Of a DNA stretch of 64,000 nt, positions 28,604 through 37,949 are shown piece by piece; the first letter of the stretch is position 1, and each line of letters starts with the position of its first letter. A program made the translations under genes and the position numbers. Under the pieces are notes generated by a model. That model was given only the letters and a program-made list of their open reading frames with translations, ran no database searches and was not told the DNA's origin. Origin of the DNA: Planctomycetota bacterium (lineage in GTDB: Bacteria > Planctomycetota > B15-G4 > JADJEK01); NCBI GenBank assembly GCA_044225365.1, contig JBGAIQ010000003.1, positions 32,001-96,000 of the forward strand, written 5' to 3'.

Positions 28604-29289
28604 GCGATTTCGATCCAGACCGCGGCGATTCCGATCTCGGCGACCTGCGCGCGGCGTGGGCCGACCTCGACGCTCTACGGTCCGACGAGCGAGAGACCGC
28701 GCGCGAACTCCTCGTCGTGAGCGAACTGCGCCATGCGTGGCGTTCGCTTCCCACTCCGCCGCTCCCGCACGGCATGGGTCCGGCGCGTCGCCGTCCCATC
28801 GCGCTGCCGCGCACGCTCGTACTCGCATTGCCCCTGCTCGCGGCCATGCTCCTGCTCTACGTCGCCCGCGATCGAAGTGCCGGTGCGGAACGGCCGTCGC
28901 TCGCTGTCCCCATCGCTCAGCGCGACTCGCGACTCGTCGCCGATCTCACGCTCGTCACGCTCGGGACGCTCGGGAATTTGGGCAGCAAGAGCGCCGCAGC
29001 GTTCTTCCCCGTCGCCTGTTTGTGCTGTGAGGTGCTCCTCCATTCCGACTCGCCCTGGAACGCGTCGGCGGAGGTCCGCAGCGCCGTGGATCAGACGATC
29101 GCCGAGGCGATCGCCGCGGACTGTCGGGGCGAATGGTCGTTCGCCGCCGCGACGCTCGCACCGATCCTCGACGAACGATCGCTCACGCACGATCAGCGCA
29201 CGCGCGCGAGCGTGGCGTTCGCGCATGCGAGTCGTCAGTTGGGGCGGGTCGACGACGCGAGACGAGCGGAGATCGCGCTGGCGCGGTGA
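28600..29289 (+). CDS. Putative anti-sigma factor (single TM)
   Basis: ATGA-coupled to the ECF gene; N-terminal helical domain, TM LVLALPLLAAMLLLYVA, TPR-like C-terminus. Confidence 0.6.
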   Translation: MSDFDPDRGDSDLGDLRAAWADLDALRSDERETARELLVVSELRHAWRSLPTPPLPHGMGPARRRPIALPRTLVLALPLLAAMLLLYVARDRSAGAERPSLAVPIAQRDSRLVADLTLVTLGTLGNLGSKSAAAFFPVACLCCEVLLHSDSPWNASAEVRSAVDQTIAEAIAADCRGEWSFAAATLAPILDERSLTHDQRTRASVAFAHASRQLGRVDDARRAEIALAR

Positions 29290-29290
29290 A

Positions 29291-30898
29291 TCAGCGCGCC
29301 GCGGTCGCCTTCTCGCGGGCTTCGTCCTTGCTCGTCGATGGAGTCGAAGTCGCCGAGTCCGACTTCTTCTGGGTGAGGCCGAGTTTGGTCTTGAACCACA
29401 TCCCGCCCTTGCGCTTCAGCTCGATCAGGAACGTCTCGAGCTTGCGAGTCTCCCTGCCGCGCAGGACGTTGGCGAAGATGCGGAATGCCTTACCGGGGTG
29501 GTAGAGGAACGACAGCGGGTAGAAATTGAGCAGGAACCAGTACTTCGTCCGCGTCAGTTTCGCGGCGGACAAGTGCTCGCAGTAGTTGTTCTCTTCGCGC
29601 TGCTTCTCGTCGTTGGCGTAGATCGGCGTCATCAGGCACTTGTCGCTGTAGTCGACGCGGCCCTTCTCGACGAGGTACGAATACAGCGCAGTGTTGGGGA
29701 TCGGGAAGTAGAAGCCGATCGCGATGTCGTCGATGCCTTCCTTCGCGAGGCGACGCACGAACTTCACCGTCTGATCGAGATCCTCCTGCGTATCGTGCGG
29801 GAAGCCGATGACGAGGAACGCGGTGATGTTGAGGTCGTGCCGCACCGAGGCCTTCACGGCGGAGAACAGGCCCTCGGTCGTCATCTTCTTCTTGATGAGC
29901 TTGCGCGTGTTCTCACTGCCGCTCTCCGGCGCGAACGCGAGGTGGCGCCCACCGCTGCGGTAGAGCAGGTCGGCGACTTCGTCGTCGACGACTTCGCAGC
30001 GCGTGCCCGATGGGAACTGCCAGACGATATCGAGCTTGCGCTGGATGATCTCCGAGCAGAACTGGACGATCCAATCCTTCTTGATGATCGCCGTCAGGTC
30101 CTGGAACGGGAAGTTCTTGGCGCCGTACGTCTTCACGTAGTGCGTGATCTCGTTCGCGACGTCGATCGGATCGCGCGGATACCAACGGGTCGTCCACATC
30201 GTCGGCGAAGAACAATACGTGCACTGATACGGACAGCCGCGCGTGGCGAGGATCGGGATCGTCCAGCCCGCGCGCACGCCGTTGACGAGCGCGTGTTCGT
30301 TGTAGGCGTTGAGATCGAAGTGCTGCCAAGCGGGCCACGGGATCGCGTCGACGTTGCGCAGCCGATCACGACGCGGGTTCGCGACGATCTTGCCCTCGCG
30401 CCGGAACGCGACGCCGGGCATCGCGCCGGGATCGGTTTCGCCGCGGCCGATCATGCGCATCAGCTCGACGGCGGTCTCCTCGCCTTCACCGAGAACGATG
30501 TAGTCGATCGGCGCTTGCTCGAGCGACAACTCGGGCAGGCCAGTGAAGTGCTCGCCACCGCACACGATCTTCTTGTCGGGGAAGCGCGCTTTCAGCGTCT
30601 CGATGATGCGGCGCACGAGCGGCCACGAGAACGTCCACATGTTGGTGACGCCGAGGACTTCCGTCTCCGGCTTCACGCGATCGGCGATCTCGTCGGGTCC
30701 GAGGCCGAGCCGGTGCAGCCCCGAGTCCGGCGTCACCTTGTCCGGCGCCTCGGCGACGGCATCGATGACCGATACCGCGTGCCCGTCCTGCTCGAGCACG
30801 GCCGCGATGTAGGCAAGGCCGAGCGGCATCGACGGCCGCAGCGCGGTCATCGCATGGACGTTGAGGTAGACGGGTGGGTGGATGAGCTGGATGCGCAC
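29291..30898 (-). CDS. Cobalamin-binding (class B) radical SAM protein
   Basis: PLGLAYIAAVL, GGEHFT, TRGCPYQCTYC, APESGS, FLVIGFPHDT. Confidence 0.93.
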   Translation of the reverse strand: MRIQLIHPPVYLNVHAMTALRPSMPLGLAYIAAVLEQDGHAVSVIDAVAEAPDKVTPDSGLHRLGLGPDEIADRVKPETEVLGVTNMWTFSWPLVRRIIETLKARFPDKKIVCGGEHFTGLPELSLEQAPIDYIVLGEGEETAVELMRMIGRGETDPGAMPGVAFRREGKIVANPRRDRLRNVDAIPWPAWQHFDLNAYNEHALVNGVRAGWTIPILATRGCPYQCTYCSSPTMWTTRWYPRDPIDVANEITHYVKTYGAKNFPFQDLTAIIKKDWIVQFCSEIIQRKLDIVWQFPSGTRCEVVDDEVADLLYRSGGRHLAFAPESGSENTRKLIKKKMTTEGLFSAVKASVRHDLNITAFLVIGFPHDTQEDLDQTVKFVRRLAKEGIDDIAIGFYFPIPNTALYSYLVEKGRVDYSDKCLMTPIYANDEKQREENNYCEHLSAAKLTRTKYWFLLNFYPLSFLYHPGKAFRIFANVLRGRETRKLETFLIELKRKGGMWFKTKLGLTQKKSDSATSTPSTSKDEAREKATAAR

Positions 30899-31022
30899 GG
30901 CAAGAATCTAGCACACCGTGGGATCGGTGCAGGGGACACCGGAAACGTTACGTGAAGCCGTCGGGATCGTGCGAGGGTTCTTCCAACGAATGGCGAGCCC
31001 TCGAGCGATCACGACGCCGCCT

Positions 31023-31562
31023 TCATTTGCCGAGCGCGCGCGGGGCACTCTCGTGGGCACGCGCGTCCGGCCGCTTCTCGAACCGATAGATCACTTCGCC
31101 GAGGATCGCGTCCTTCGTGAGCGGCCCGAACGTTCGGCTATCGATCGAGATGCGCCGATTGTCCCCGGCGAGGAAGTACTCGTTCGCAGCGAGATGGATC
31201 GGACCATGGCTGTAATCGTCTTCGAACTCGGCGGGAGGCGCGGTCGTCTCCTTCTCGCCATTGCGCAATAGCTCGCCATGGACGAATTCGAGCGTGTCGC
31301 CCGGCAGCCCGACGACGCGTTTGATCAGCGTCTCGCCGTGGAGATCGGCGATCACCGCATCCCCCACCCTCACGCCGCCGACGAGCGACGGGAAGTTCGC
31401 GACCAGGACTCGGTCGCCGTCCTGGAACGACGGACGCATCGAGTTCCCGGCGATCCGGTACACGGTGACCACGGGATTGTCGACGACACCGCTCAGCAGG
31501 ATCGCCGCGATCATCACGGCGAACAGGCGGAACGCAAGGGTCCAGCGAGTCGAGGAAGTCAT
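31023..31562 (-). CDS. lepB: Signal peptidase I
   Basis: GNSMRP (catalytic Ser), IKRVVGLPGD (catalytic Lys), GDNRRISIDSRTFG. Confidence 0.93.
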   Translation of the reverse strand: MTSSTRWTLAFRLFAVMIAAILLSGVVDNPVVTVYRIAGNSMRPSFQDGDRVLVANFPSLVGGVRVGDAVIADLHGETLIKRVVGLPGDTLEFVHGELLRNGEKETTAPPAEFEDDYSHGPIHLAANEYFLAGDNRRISIDSRTFGPLTKDAILGEVIYRFEKRPDARAHESAPRALGK

Positions 31563-31648
31563 GGCCAACCCTATCGGCCAGACTCGCGTTCAAGATTTAG
31601 ACTTCGTCATTTTCCGGGTTCGAATACCCTGTTCCCAAAGTGATTCCA

Positions 31649-33133
31649 TCACTTGGACTTGGCGTCGTCGCGGACCAGAGAGAAGCCGAAGACGAAGGGC
31701 GGGCTGCCGTCGGGACGCACGAATTTCATCCCGCGGAGGCGCTCTTCGCCCGCGAGGCGACCGTCTTTCAGGCGACCCTCGAAGACCAGCATTCCCCGCG
31801 GTCGCATCCCGTTCTGGAAACCGAACTCGAACACGCCGTCGTCGCGCTTTCGAAGGTACGTGAGCTCCATCACCGGCGCGCGCGGATCGCCGCCTTCGAG
31901 GATGCGTCCCCCGGTCCGTTCACCTTGCGCCTCGATCGTCACGTGGAGTGGATGGTGCGGAGTGTCCTCGAGCCAGATCTCCCCGGACCACTCGCCGAGA
32001 TACTCCGCGATCTCCTCCGGCTTGGGTCGCGGTGTCGCGAGCATCGACGCCACCGTCTCCGTCGGAGCATCTTGGATCGCGGCGATGCGAGCCTGCAGTT
32101 TCTCGAGGTCGTCCGGAGCACCGAAGCCGTCGATCGACCAGGCGAGCAGTTTCTTCGCCGCCGCACGATCGCTCTCCGCGATCGCGTCGTCGAGCGTGCG
32201 TCGCAGCTCACCGACCGGCGGCGGAATCGGCGCGCCGTAGCGTTCGGCCACGCGCTCATACCGCGCGATGAATCCGACGCTTCCTTCGTCGTTCTCCCAC
32301 TCGACCGCCGAGAAATCGCGAAAGAGGCGCTTCAAGCCACGCAGGATCCCGGGCATCACGAGCGATTCGTGACGTTCGTCGTCGAGCCGATCGCGCACCA
32401 GCACCGATCCCTCCGGCGCGACCTCCTCGAACGCACTCCAATCCTCGTCGCTGAATCCGAACTTCTTCTCGATCGAGACGAATCGCAGCGGGAGTTTCGG
32501 GTTCGCCTTCGCGCGCTCGATCACGTGGCGCGCGAGCCACGAATCATCGAGCTGCATCGGTGCGTCGAGAGCGAGGATCCACGAGAACACATCGGGCCGG
32601 GAAGCGCAGGCATGGGTCGCGAGGATTCCCCCGTGAGAGTGTCCGATGAGCACGCGCGGCGTCGCGACGCGGAGACTCGATTCCAGTACGGGCACGAGTT
32701 CGTCGGCGAGGAATCGCACGTAGTCGTCGCCGCGCGCCTCCTTGCCGATTCCGGGAATGCTCATCGAATTCGGCGTGAAATCGGCCCGCCGGTCCATGCC
32801 GCGGATCGCCACGAGAACCGCCTCGGGGATCGCGCCGGTATCCGCGAGCTCCGCCGCGCAGGCGGCGAGGATCGGATCGTAGTACTCACCGTCGAGCAGG
32901 ACGAAGAGCGGATAGCGGCGCGTCGTGGACCCGTACGACGGCGGCGTGGAGACGTAGAGTTCGACGTCCGCGCCGAGCACCTTCGAATGCACGCGGTAAG
33001 CTGCTTCCTTCCAACCGTACTTCGGGATCGAAACCGCTGGAGCGGGCACGAGGCCGCTCTCCGTCGCCATGGCCGGCGCGGCGGTGAGGACCGCGAGGAG
33101 GATGGATCTCGAGAGGCTTCGTTCGCTCGTCAT
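31649..33133 (-). CDS. Secreted alpha/beta-hydrolase (IroE/Fes-like esterase) with C-terminal beta domain
   Basis: Signal peptide; STPPSY..RYPLFVLLDGE, RRADFTP, LIGHSHGG nucleophile elbow. Confidence 0.85.
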   Translation of the reverse strand: MTSERSLSRSILLAVLTAAPAMATESGLVPAPAVSIPKYGWKEAAYRVHSKVLGADVELYVSTPPSYGSTTRRYPLFVLLDGEYYDPILAACAAELADTGAIPEAVLVAIRGMDRRADFTPNSMSIPGIGKEARGDDYVRFLADELVPVLESSLRVATPRVLIGHSHGGILATHACASRPDVFSWILALDAPMQLDDSWLARHVIERAKANPKLPLRFVSIEKKFGFSDEDWSAFEEVAPEGSVLVRDRLDDERHESLVMPGILRGLKRLFRDFSAVEWENDEGSVGFIARYERVAERYGAPIPPPVGELRRTLDDAIAESDRAAAKKLLAWSIDGFGAPDDLEKLQARIAAIQDAPTETVASMLATPRPKPEEIAEYLGEWSGEIWLEDTPHHPLHVTIEAQGERTGGRILEGGDPRAPVMELTYLRKRDDGVFEFGFQNGMRPRGMLVFEGRLKDGRLAGEERLRGMKFVRPDGSPPFVFGFSLVRDDAKSK

Positions 33134-33297
33134 TCCAGGTTCTTTCGTCAAGAGGTCGCGGACTGCCGTTGTAGATTGTCCGCTGGCGGCCAAGCGTTGC
33201 AGTCACGGATCGGATTCGCAAGAAATCGGCGTCACGCAGGGCTGAATCCAACACGCGCATCGAAGCCGTCGTTTGGGGCGAAGAACCGGAGCTCGAC

Positions 33298-34200
33298 ATG
33301 ACCGCTCACGACGACTCGCAGCGCGATGGCTCTTCACCCTGGACCGACGAAGACGTCGCGCGACTCACCGCCCTCGCCCGCAGCCTGCTGCGGGACACCT
33401 CGATCGGCGCCGACGACGTCGTCGCCGAAGCTCTCGCGATCGCTTTCGCATCGCGCGATCGTCGGACTCCGGGGCCCGCGGGTCCGTGGCTCCGAGGGAT
33501 CGTTCGCAACGTCATCCGCAATGCGATGCGCGGCGAGCGGCGGCGGCGCGATCGGGAGCGCAACTCCGCCCCACGCGAGACGAACGACGCCGACGACGGT
33601 GACCCATCGCGGATCGCCGAAGCGAATGAAACCGCGGCGCGGATCCGGCGCGCCCTCGCACACCTCGATCCACCGCAGAAACGGATCCTACACACGCGCT
33701 ACTTCCTCGACCGCGCTCCCCACGCGATCGCCCGCGATCTCGGCCTGCCGGCGGCGACGCTGCGCAGCCGACTCTCGCGCAGTCTCGAGGATCTGCGACG
33801 CGCGCTTTCCTTCGGTTCGCGGGACTCGCGGGATTCGCGACGCGAGGGAACGAAGGCGCGCGGACTCCTGTTCTTCCTCCCTCGCATCGCGGCCGCCACG
33901 CTCCTGACGCTGGGAACGCTACGCCTCGTTCCTCCCGGCGGCGAGTCGCCCGGGCATTCCGCGAACGGCGCGTCACCGCGCCGCGAGCTTGCGGCGGAAC
34001 GCACTCCGGAGGCACCGCACGCCCCCGATCTCGCGACGACCGGAAGCGGGATGAAACGACGGAGTCCCTTCGGTCCTCCGCCGTCGCCCTCGAGCGAAGA
34101 GGAGCTGCGAAGGCTTCCGCGAAAGCACGCCGCGGCCGAAGCCGCGCAGCCGGGCGAACTCGCGAAGGCCGAAGGGTCTCCCGGGAAGGGCGAGAAGTAG
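33298..34200 (+). CDS. ECF sigma factor with C-terminal TM extension
   Basis: ADDVVAEAL, PWLRGIVRN, IARDLGLPAATLRSRLSRSLEDLRR; followed by a hydrophobic segment and Pro-rich tail. Confidence 0.82.
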   Translation: MTAHDDSQRDGSSPWTDEDVARLTALARSLLRDTSIGADDVVAEALAIAFASRDRRTPGPAGPWLRGIVRNVIRNAMRGERRRRDRERNSAPRETNDADDGDPSRIAEANETAARIRRALAHLDPPQKRILHTRYFLDRAPHAIARDLGLPAATLRSRLSRSLEDLRRALSFGSRDSRDSRREGTKARGLLFFLPRIAAATLLTLGTLRLVPPGGESPGHSANGASPRRELAAERTPEAPHAPDLATTGSGMKRRSPFGPPPSPSSEEELRRLPRKHAAAEAAQPGELAKAEGSPGKGEK

Positions 34201-34372
34201 GTTACAATCCGGTCGAACCTGCGCACCCGCCCCTCGTTCTGGCGACGCGCGTTCGTCCTCGTCGGGTCCAACGTCGTTGGTCGGGGGAAGTTTCGCGAGC
34301 GATCACCGATCGCTGCGACGAACGCGTCTGGTGCGAAACAAGAGCCGTTCACCCCATCAACCGGGAGCCGTC

Positions 34373-36274
34373 ATGGATCTGGGTCTCTTCCGTCGTCGTC
34401 CTTCGCGCGTGGCCGCTGCTTCCTTGGCGATCCTCGGCGGCGCACTCCTCCTGTCGCAGGATGCGAGCGCTCAGCCTCCATCGAACTGGACGACGATCTC
34501 CCCGGTGCCGAGCACGACGAGTTCGATCGGGACGACCGTGACGTACCAGACTCCGGGGCAGGTCCACCTGTACTCCGGCATCACGAAGCAGTGGACCACC
34601 GTCAACGTCGCGGGTCCGGATTCGGTCTTCCAGGCGAACGATTACGTCGTCATCAAGGATGGCACGGCGCTCCACGCCTTCGCGTCGCATCGCGGAACGG
34701 TCGAGACGATCACGACGAGCGGTGGTCCGATCATCGTCAGCGGCCCCTCGTCCTCGTCCTGGGTAACGCTCGTGGCCGATGGCACGCAGGCCTGGGGCTT
34801 TGGCGCCTTCCGCGGCGTGTGGGAGCCTCTCACGCTCACGCAGCCGAACCCGACCATGGTGTCGACGCGCCTCATCGGTCTGCTGAAGGACGGCTCGACG
34901 GTCTACGGTTTCAACGCGCACTACGGGACGTTCGTCCCGGTCGCCGCGGATCTCGCCGCAACTCTCAACGTGGTCGGCGAAGCCGAGGTCGGCACGGCGC
35001 ACAGCCCGAGCGTATTCCGCGCGTTCTCAGCGCAGCAGAACACGTGGGGTGTCCAGAACGTCGCGAGCACGGCGAACGCGCTGCTGCAGAATGAATTCGC
35101 GATGGTGACGAACGGCAACACCGTCACGGCCTTCTCGGGGATCTCGGGGACGTTTGCGAGCTACACGGCAACGACCTCGATCGGGACGATCGCGAATCAA
35201 GAAGGCGTCGCCGCTTTCTTCGACGGATCGGATGCCGTGGCCTATGCGGTCGGTCCGGGTGCGTTCAGCAAACGGCCCGCGGCGGCCGGATCGCAGTTCG
35301 TGCTCGACTACCACTTCGCGATGCTCGTCGAACCGACCGCGATCACTCCGTTCTCGTCGATCCTCGGCGGCTTCGGTCCGACGCTGACGGGATCGTATTC
35401 GATCTTCACGAACGACGACGTCGGGTTCGCCGACGGCCCGACGGCGGACTTCGGATACAGCCCGATCCTGAACGCCTGGACCCAGGCGCCGCCGGTAACG
35501 GCGCTCTCGAGCGCGGTGCTCGTGCGCAGTGCAGCGGTCATTCCGACCAACACCGGCTACATCGCATTCTCGTCGCGTCATGGCACGTGGGTACCGCTCG
35601 TGTCGAGCCTCACGGGCAACTTCCTTGCTCCGACGACGGGTGCGACGTTCGTCGCCTTCGACAATGGCGGAACGACGGCGAGCGTGTTCGATGCGCGACT
35701 CAACCGCTGGGCGACGATCGATGGACAAGGCCCGCTCACCGCGAAGATCTCGCGTCACACCCTCGTCGCCAATGACGGAGTGTTCGGCTACGGCTTCAGT
35801 CAGCCGACAGGCGAATGGGACGTCATCCCGATCAACAACGGTCTCGTGTCGATGGAGGTCTCGAGTTCGGTCGCCACGATCAAGACGGGCACGGACTTCT
35901 CGGTCTACTCGGCGCAGGGCTCGTTCTCGTACACCGGTCGTTATCCGGAGTTCACGCAGGCGATCAACCTCGGCAACACGTTGAAGCTGCATCAGGTTGC
36001 CCCGGCCGGCAGCGCTCTGATCCTGATGGTCGGCGTCGCCCCGGCCCGCATCGACCTTGGGCTCTTGCTCGGCAAGCTCTACATCGATCCAAACTTCCTG
36101 CTGACGTATCCGCTCGCCCAGACCGTTGGACCCTCGGGACTGCTCGACATCGCGATTCCCCTGCCGCAATCGCCGACCCTCGTCGGTCTCCGCCCGCAGC
36201 TGCAGAACGTGGTGTTGCCGCCCTTCGGCGCTACGCCCTGGCTCTCGACCTCCGTCGCGCCGATCCTCTTCTGA
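34373..36274 (+). CDS. Secreted Ser/Thr-rich beta-repeat protein of unknown function
   Basis: Signal peptide ending ASA-Q; recurring (Y/F)S...(G/N)xW/F beta-hairpin units about every 37 aa. Confidence 0.8.
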   Translation: MDLGLFRRRPSRVAAASLAILGGALLLSQDASAQPPSNWTTISPVPSTTSSIGTTVTYQTPGQVHLYSGITKQWTTVNVAGPDSVFQANDYVVIKDGTALHAFASHRGTVETITTSGGPIIVSGPSSSSWVTLVADGTQAWGFGAFRGVWEPLTLTQPNPTMVSTRLIGLLKDGSTVYGFNAHYGTFVPVAADLAATLNVVGEAEVGTAHSPSVFRAFSAQQNTWGVQNVASTANALLQNEFAMVTNGNTVTAFSGISGTFASYTATTSIGTIANQEGVAAFFDGSDAVAYAVGPGAFSKRPAAAGSQFVLDYHFAMLVEPTAITPFSSILGGFGPTLTGSYSIFTNDDVGFADGPTADFGYSPILNAWTQAPPVTALSSAVLVRSAAVIPTNTGYIAFSSRHGTWVPLVSSLTGNFLAPTTGATFVAFDNGGTTASVFDARLNRWATIDGQGPLTAKISRHTLVANDGVFGYGFSQPTGEWDVIPINNGLVSMEVSSSVATIKTGTDFSVYSAQGSFSYTGRYPEFTQAINLGNTLKLHQVAPAGSALILMVGVAPARIDLGLLLGKLYIDPNFLLTYPLAQTVGPSGLLDIAIPLPQSPTLVGLRPQLQNVVLPPFGATPWLSTSVAPILF

Positions 36275-36311
36275 TCGAGCTTCGAGTCGGCACGGACCTC
36301 GAGCCTTCGTT

Positions 36312-37100
36312 CTCACGGGCAGCGGCCACGCTTGCGTCGACCTTCGCGCGTCGTTTCGTTGGCAGCGATCCGGTGTTTGCCGCATCGGGCCACGGAGGTC
36401 GGGAGACTTTGATAGGGGCCGACTCCGGGGTCCAGGCGAACGAGATCGCGCTCCACGCAACGGACGGCCCCTCTTGCGTCCTCTGCTCTTCTCCGGCCTT
36501 CGTGGTCCTCCTCTGTCCTCCGTGGTCCTCCGTGAGAAACGATCGACTTCGCCCTCACGGACAGCGGCGGCGCTCGCTTCTGCATTCTGTGCACTCGCAG
36601 GGACGGATCCGGAGTTTGCCACGGAGGGCCACAGAGGTCGGAGGAGGACCACGGAGGGCAGGAAACATCAATAGGGGCCAACTCATTCGTCCAGGCGAAC
36701 GAGATCGCGATCCACGCAGCGGACGGCCCCTTTTGCATCCTCTGCTCTTCTCCGGCCTCCGTGGTCCTCCGTGAGAAACGATCGACTTCGCCCTCACGGA
36801 CAGCGGCGGCGCTCGCTTCTGCATTCTCACGTGCACTCGCAGGGACGGATCCGGAGTTTGCCACGGAGGACCTCAGAGGTCGGAGGAGGACCACGGAGGG
36901 CAGGAAGCATCAAAAGGAGCCGTCTCGGGGGTCTCTACGAACGCGGTTGCCGAAGAGGCTTCGAACGCATCGCGTAATGCGGACCGCCCCTTTTCTGACT
37001 TCGCTCTTCTCCGGCCTCCGTGGTCCTCCTCTGTCCTCCGTGGTCCTCCGTGAGAAACGATCGACTTCGCCCTCACGGACATTGGCCACGCTCGCTTCGA
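36312..37100. repeat. REP/BIME-like tandem array (~3.3 units, period ~240-280 bp)
   Basis: CTCACGG(A/G)CA anchors at 36312, 36554, 36793 and 37072; alternating CTCCGTGGTCCTCCGTGAG and inverse CCACGGAGG..GGAGGACCACGGAGGG blocks. Confidence 0.9.
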
Positions 37101-37150
37101 GGTCGTCCCCGGGGTCGTGATGGAACGGGGTGCGGACTTCGCCCGAAGGA

Positions 37151-37879
37151 TCAGAGCTTCGCGCGCGTCTGCTTCGGGAGGGGTTCGGGCTTCGACGCGA
37201 AGACGTTGAACTTCAGGATCGCCCAGATCGCCGCGAAGCCGTCCTTCCAGCCGATCTTCTTCCCTTCCGCGTAATCACGGCCGAAGTAGTTGATCGGCAC
37301 CTCGTACACCCGGCAGCGCAACGCGGCCACCTTTGCGGTCAGTTCGGGTTCGACGGCGAAACGGTTGCTCTCGATCTTGATCCGATCCGCGACCTCGCGG
37401 CGGAAGACCTTGTAGCAGGTCTCCATGTCCGACAGGTTCAGGTTGGTGAACATGTTCGACAGCGTCGTCAGACCCTTGTTCACGACGTAGTGCCAGAACA
37501 AGTGGCAGCGATGCGTCCCGCCCAGGAAGCGTGATCCGAACACCACGTCGGCATTGCCGTCCTGGATCGGCTTGATCAGGATCCCGTAGTCGTCCGGCGT
37601 GTACTCGAGATCGGCGTCCTGGATGATGACGATCTCGCCCGCGACCTTCGAGAACCCGGTGCGCAGCGCTGCGCCCTTCCCCTGGTTCACTTCGTGGTAG
37701 AAGACCCGAACCTCGCAATCGGTTCGCTTCAGCCCGGCGAGGACGTCGCGCGTCCCGTCCTTGCTGCAGTCATCGACGACGATGATCTCCTTCTCGAACG
37801 GAGTCGACGCCACCTTGTCGATCACGGCCAGCACCGTGTCGCGTTCGTTGTAGACGGGAATGACGATCGACAGCTTCAT
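37151..37879 (-). CDS. GT2 polyprenol-phosphate glycosyltransferase (DPM1-like)
   Basis: IVIPVYNE, VDDCSKDGT, NQGKGAAL, IQDADLEY, DMETCYKVF, EGKKIGWKDG. Confidence 0.93.
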   Translation of the reverse strand: MKLSIVIPVYNERDTVLAVIDKVASTPFEKEIIVVDDCSKDGTRDVLAGLKRTDCEVRVFYHEVNQGKGAALRTGFSKVAGEIVIIQDADLEYTPDDYGILIKPIQDGNADVVFGSRFLGGTHRCHLFWHYVVNKGLTTLSNMFTNLNLSDMETCYKVFRREVADRIKIESNRFAVEPELTAKVAALRCRVYEVPINYFGRDYAEGKKIGWKDGFAAIWAILKFNVFASKPEPLPKQTRAKL

Positions 37880-37949
37880 CCAGGAATCTCGGTTTCGCGC
37901 GAAACGATAACGGATCGGCGCGTCGGAATCAGGAACACGCAAAAAAACT

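Noticed and set aside
36312-37100. Possible CRISPR array
   Set aside because: The period is ~240 bp, the linkers are themselves repeated rather than unique spacers, and there are no cas genes
36126-37120. ORFs spanning the repeat array
   Set aside because: They simply translate the repeats in several frames; no protein-like features
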